This document shows, in pieces, positions 60,350 through 64,000 of a stretch of DNA of 64,000 bases. A model generated the notes under the pieces. It saw only the letters and a list, made by a program, of their open reading frames with translations, ran no database searches and was not told where the DNA came from. Source of the DNA: an uncultured Spirochaetota bacterium. GTDB lineage: Bacteria > Spirochaetota > Spirochaetia > SZUA-6 > Fen-1364. The position numbers and the translations under genes are program-made. Numbering within the stretch: the stretch's first letter is position 1; the number at the start of each line of letters is the position of its first letter. The stretch is taken from contig CAVTHO010000007.1 of the NCBI GenBank assembly GCA_963734545.1, positions 480,001 to 544,000 of the forward strand. The letters run 5' to 3'.

Positions 60350-61900
60350 ATGAAATCCGTCTTCACCAGAAATGACAGGATCATTCTGATCGCACTTGTC
60401 CTCTTTGCGCTTTTCTTTCGGCTGGCGACCCTCATGATGATCCATACCGGTGTGGACGAAAGGGACTATTGGTTCTCCGCAAAGGCGATTGCACATGGGC
60501 TGCCCTATCCGGACGTTACGCATCGGACCACCCGTTTCGCCGTTATCCTTCCGGTTGCCCTGGCGCAGGTGCTTTTCGGCAGTCATCCCAATGTGTATTA
60601 CGTGCTGCCCGTACTCAACTCGATGCTCCAGGCAGGCCTCGCTTTCCTCATCGGCCTGAGGCTTCGGGGGAGGCTTACCGGGTTCATCGCCGGACTCTCC
60701 CTCACGCTCTTTCCGTACATGATCCGCGCCGGAAGTCAGGTAAGGCCCGAGATCTTTTCCGTCACGTATATTCTCCTTGCCGTTTATTTCTTCACCACGT
60801 ACCTCGAGAGAACCGAAAAGCAAGCTGCCCCGCTGATCTGGACCGCCGTGTGGGTGTTCATCGCGTACGAGGCCAAGATCACCAACCTTTTTTTCGTCCC
60901 CGGGCTGCTCATCGCGATGCTCGCGTACAAAAAGAAGCCCCTGCAGGCAATTCTCTTCTGCGCAATCCTGTTGGGCCTGTTTCTGGCGGAAACCGGTCTC
61001 TATGCGGCGTTCACTCCGTACAAGCTCGGGGAGTTGGAGATCATCCTGAAGAACCACGTGTATCACGGAGAGGTCTTCCACGTTGCACGCGTCGTGGATC
61101 TCTTCCAGCGCTACTCCCGCGCTCACCTTCAGCTGTACTGGCAGATTCCGTTCGTGCTCTTCGCAGCAGCCGCAGTATTCTCCATTGTCCGCGGCGCCGA
61201 CAGAAGAACCTCCGCGATTGCCATAGCAGCGCTCAGTTTCTTCGTGGGGATAACCTTCGAGCTGGCGGGCTTCAACCCTCTCGTCCCTGCCGAGGGATTC
61301 ATCAACCGCTACTTCACTGCCGTCCTTGGCCCTGTATTTCTCGTTCTCTCGTTTGCCGCCGATGGAATTGTTGCAAGGCTCCTCAATCGAGGAACAGGCC
61401 GCACGCCTTCCGCCTCGCCGCGGTGGTACCTCGCTGTGCTTGGGCTCACGGTGTTTGCTGTTCTGGGCTCCTTTTCCTGGCCGAAACTGCCCGCGGGGAT
61501 GCGTGCGTACGCGCACTCGCCCCTGCAGCTGTCACAACATCCCCTGGTGATGAACGAGCGCTACCGGCTCGCTATAAACCGCGCCTATGTCGAGGGGATG
61601 CCCATTGTCGCGGTGGATGGCACAGGCGGGACGAACGCGATCCTGACCTGTCTCAACTACTACCTCGATCTCTCCCAGTACGCCAACCGCCGTCTCCCGG
61701 GCATTGACAGGATTCAACGGGGAGGGATGGGGTTCTACGTCGTTGGTCGACAGGGAAGCGCTGACTCGAAGGACAGATTCCTTGCCGCAATCAGGTCGCC
61801 TTTCCGAATTGCGGAGATTCCGGCTGGGCAGCTTCTGCAGCTGTCGGATGATTCACTGACGGGCGGCTCGCATGCCGCCAGCGAAGGCATCAATGAATAG
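60350..61900 (+). CDS. GT-C/PMT-like membrane glycosyltransferase
   Basis: FR followed by VDE..Y in loop 1, RPE and YEAK motifs; ~10 TMs. Confidence 0.6.
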   Translation: MKSVFTRNDRIILIALVLFALFFRLATLMMIHTGVDERDYWFSAKAIAHGLPYPDVTHRTTRFAVILPVALAQVLFGSHPNVYYVLPVLNSMLQAGLAFLIGLRLRGRLTGFIAGLSLTLFPYMIRAGSQVRPEIFSVTYILLAVYFFTTYLERTEKQAAPLIWTAVWVFIAYEAKITNLFFVPGLLIAMLAYKKKPLQAILFCAILLGLFLAETGLYAAFTPYKLGELEIILKNHVYHGEVFHVARVVDLFQRYSRAHLQLYWQIPFVLFAAAAVFSIVRGADRRTSAIAIAALSFFVGITFELAGFNPLVPAEGFINRYFTAVLGPVFLVLSFAADGIVARLLNRGTGRTPSASPRWYLAVLGLTVFAVLGSFSWPKLPAGMRAYAHSPLQLSQHPLVMNERYRLAINRAYVEGMPIVAVDGTGGTNAILTCLNYYLDLSQYANRRLPGIDRIQRGGMGFYVVGRQGSADSKDRFLAAIRSPFRIAEIPAGQLLQLSDDSLTGGSHAASEGINE

Positions 61901-62843
61901 GAAGGTCCGAGGCCTGTTGCAGGCATCCGTGGGGGTGCTGATAGTCGTGGCGGTCGCGTTCTTTTTCCGGGCCCAGTTCGTGAAGAACTGGAACCAGGTG
62001 AGGACTCTCCATTTCCAGCTCAACTATGTCCTCCTGTCGCTGGCCCTGGTCTGTATCCTGGTCGCGTACCTGGTCAACACGGCTGCCTGGCGGTACGGCA
62101 TCAACCTGTTCGCCACCCGGCGGCCTTTCTCTTTTCGCCAGAGCATCGGCATGGTCAACACGACCCAGCTGACCAAGTACATTCCCGGCAAGATCTGGGG
62201 ATATGCGATGCAGGCGGCACTCGTGGACAGGAACGAATTTCCCATATCGACCGTCCTTTCCATCAACCTGTTCCTGGCGCTCTCGAGCGCATTTCTCTGC
62301 CTCCTGCTGGGCGGTCTGTACTTCATTTTCTTTTCCCTCCTCCTCGCGCCGCTGGTCTCGGTCATTGCCACCGCTGCTATTCTGCTCGTCTACGTGTTTT
62401 TCCTGGGATTCAACGGCAGCTTCTTCTCAATTCTCACGAAGGTATTCGAGCGGATCCTCAGGAGGCCGATCAGCGCCTGCCGGTTCACCCTGAGGCAGAT
62501 CATGTCAATGCAGCTGTTCATGCTGATCTCAGCCGCTGCCCTTGGAGCCTCGGCGCTGCTCTGCGCCCTCGGCATGGGTTTCCCCGTGCGCGGGAGGCTG
62601 GTGCTCACGGTGGTCTCGGGATTCCTCTTCTCGGATACCGTCGGATTCCTGGCGTTCCTGGTCCCCGGCGGCGTGGGTGTCCGTGAGAGCCTGTTCTACC
62701 TGCTGCTCCGGGAGCACGGCGGCGAATCATTTGCCCTGATCCTGCCGATTGTCATGCGCCTGATGTCGATGCTTGTCGATGCTCTCCTGGGCCTGCTCGG
62801 CCTGGTCTACCTCCGCACGTACATAAAGGAAGGCGCGCAGTGA
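61893..62843 (+). CDS. Lysylphosphatidylglycerol-synthase TM domain (YbhN-like) flippase
   Basis: KYIPGKIW and PGGVGVRE motifs; eight TMs. Confidence 0.8.
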   Translation: MNRKVRGLLQASVGVLIVVAVAFFFRAQFVKNWNQVRTLHFQLNYVLLSLALVCILVAYLVNTAAWRYGINLFATRRPFSFRQSIGMVNTTQLTKYIPGKIWGYAMQAALVDRNEFPISTVLSINLFLALSSAFLCLLLGGLYFIFFSLLLAPLVSVIATAAILLVYVFFLGFNGSFFSILTKVFERILRRPISACRFTLRQIMSMQLFMLISAAALGASALLCALGMGFPVRGRLVLTVVSGFLFSDTVGFLAFLVPGGVGVRESLFYLLLREHGGESFALILPIVMRLMSMLVDALLGLLGLVYLRTYIKEGAQ

Positions 62844-63811
62844 AGCTCATCATCCAGGTCCCCTGCTACAACGAAGGTGCCACCCTTTCCGTTGCACTGG
62901 CAGAGCTCCCGCGCAAGGTGGAGGGATTTGACGAGGTGGAGTGGCTCATCGTCAACGACGGGAGCTCGGATGACACGGTGGAAGTGGCGCGCCGCGGCGG
63001 CGCTGATCACATCGTCAGCTTCAAGCGGAACCAGGGACTGGCGCGTGCCTACATGGCGGGGCTCAGGGCCTGCGTCGAGCTCGGCGCCGATGTCATCCTG
63101 AACACGGACGCGGACAACCAGTACTGCGCAGCGGATATCCCCGCGCTCGTCGCACCGATCATCGCGGGAAGCGCGGATATCGTCATCGGCGTCCGGCCCA
63201 TCAAGGCCATCCAGCATTTCTCAATGCTCAAAAAGGCACTCCAGCGGCTCGGGAGCAGCGTGGTTCGCTGGGTAAGCGGCACGACCGTGGAGGATGCGCC
63301 GTCGGGATTCCGGGCCGTCAGCCGTGACGCGGCCATGCGCCTGCACGTGTTCAACGAATACACCTACACCCTGGAAACCCTCATTCAGGCCGGGCGCAAG
63401 AACATGGTCGTTGCATCGGTGCCCGTGCGGGTGAATGCAGACATACGCCCGTCGCGGCTCGTGAAGAGCATTCCTGCCTACATCAAGAAATCCATCCTGA
63501 CGATGCTTCGAATTTTCGTTGTCTACCGGCCCTTTCGATTCTTCATGGTCGTCGGGGGAACCGTTTTTACACTCGGTATTCTCGTGGGCGTGCGCTTCCT
63601 CGCTTTCCTGATCTTCGGGGGCGGGGGAGGGCATGTCCAGTCCCTCATCTTCGCCGCCATCCTCCTGGGAATCGGGTTTCAGACCATGCTCACTGCCTTC
63701 CTCGCAGACCTGCTGGCCGTGAACCGCACACTCCTGGAGGAGATCGAGTACCGAAGCCTGAAAAGCGCAGAACTGCACACCCGGGAGCCAGGATCGCCGC
63801 CCCATCGCTGA
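62840..63811 (+). CDS. GT2 glycosyltransferase (DPM1-like) with C-terminal TMs
   Basis: IQVPCYNE, NDGSSD, NTDADNQY, DAPSGFRA and YTYTLET motifs. Confidence 0.9.
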   Translation: MKLIIQVPCYNEGATLSVALAELPRKVEGFDEVEWLIVNDGSSDDTVEVARRGGADHIVSFKRNQGLARAYMAGLRACVELGADVILNTDADNQYCAADIPALVAPIIAGSADIVIGVRPIKAIQHFSMLKKALQRLGSSVVRWVSGTTVEDAPSGFRAVSRDAAMRLHVFNEYTYTLETLIQAGRKNMVVASVPVRVNADIRPSRLVKSIPAYIKKSILTMLRIFVVYRPFRFFMVVGGTVFTLGILVGVRFLAFLIFGGGGGHVQSLIFAAILLGIGFQTMLTAFLADLLAVNRTLLEEIEYRSLKSAELHTREPGSPPHR

Positions 63812-63842
63812 GCTCTCAGCGGGTGGCCGCTGTCCGCAATAT

Positions 63843-64000
63843 TCACCAGGAGCTCAACAGATCCTGCAGCCCGTTCTTCATTCGCGCAAACGAAAACCTT
63901 TTGACGTAGTCTTCCTTCACGTTCCCCGCCAGGCGCGTGCGCAGCTCCCCATCGGAGATGAGTCGTTTCAAAGCCCTGGCCATTTCGTGATGATCGCCAG
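63843..64000 (-). CDS. C-terminal fragment of a GT4 glycosyltransferase (starts beyond the window)
   Basis: Manual translation GDHHEMARALKRLISDGELRTRLAGNVKEDYVKRFSFARMKNGLQDLLSSW*, a typical GT4 C-terminal helix pattern. Confidence 0.6.
   Translation of the reverse strand, partial: GDHHEMARALKRLISDGELRTRLAGNVKEDYVKRFSFARMKNGLQDLLSSW

Noticed and set aside
60149-61707. Long antisense/alternate ORFs (455 aa, 412 aa; also 56275..57378, 47339..48358, 53829..54872 and others)
   Set aside because: Shadow frames of well-supported genes in GC-rich DNA; no motifs and skewed Arg/Pro/Ala composition.
1-64000. CRISPR arrays, tRNA/rRNA genes, IS elements, prophage or defence genes
   Set aside because: No regularly spaced repeats, structural-RNA signatures or such protein motifs were seen; almost all sequence is explained by the listed CDSs.

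Overview
GC-rich bacterial DNA, most likely an uncultured Spirochaetia-like organism (inferred from the long Treponema/Chlamydia-type GlyA and the Wzi-like plus winged-helix gene pair; not verified). The left ~6 kb holds the 5' end of argH, rsmI, a ZMP/ZTP-riboswitch-led glyA and a small KS-III/glycosyltransferase/SDR cassette. From ~5.9 kb to the right edge is one very large (>56 kb, open-ended) surface-glycan locus. It contains a Wzi-like OM protein, a MarR-like regulator, GDP-heptose genes with their own transaldolase, ugd, wzm/wzt, and an atypical pseudaminic-acid module (pseB, pseC, TIM-barrel protein, formyltransferase, pseI, hisH/hisF/WbuX amidotransferase, but no pseG/H/F here). It also has a KpsS-like transferase, about eight SAM methyltransferases, a GHMP-kinase/nucleotidyltransferase fusion, a perosamine-type aminotransferase, gmd/fcl/GT11, a HisC-like + cytidylyltransferase + CDP-alcohol phosphotransferase trio, GtrA/GtrB/GT-C modules, rmlA/rmlB, uge and about 15 glycosyltransferases. 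About 16 genes carry small frameshifts, some compensatory, which look like long-read assembly indels. These create false fusions in the ORF track (ugd-wzm, DegT-methyltransferase, probably hddC-gmhA). Several mini-ORFs look like deletion or insertion scars, and several genes appear leaderless. No CRISPR, rRNA, tRNA or mobile element was seen. All product calls come from motif recognition by eye; no searches were run.
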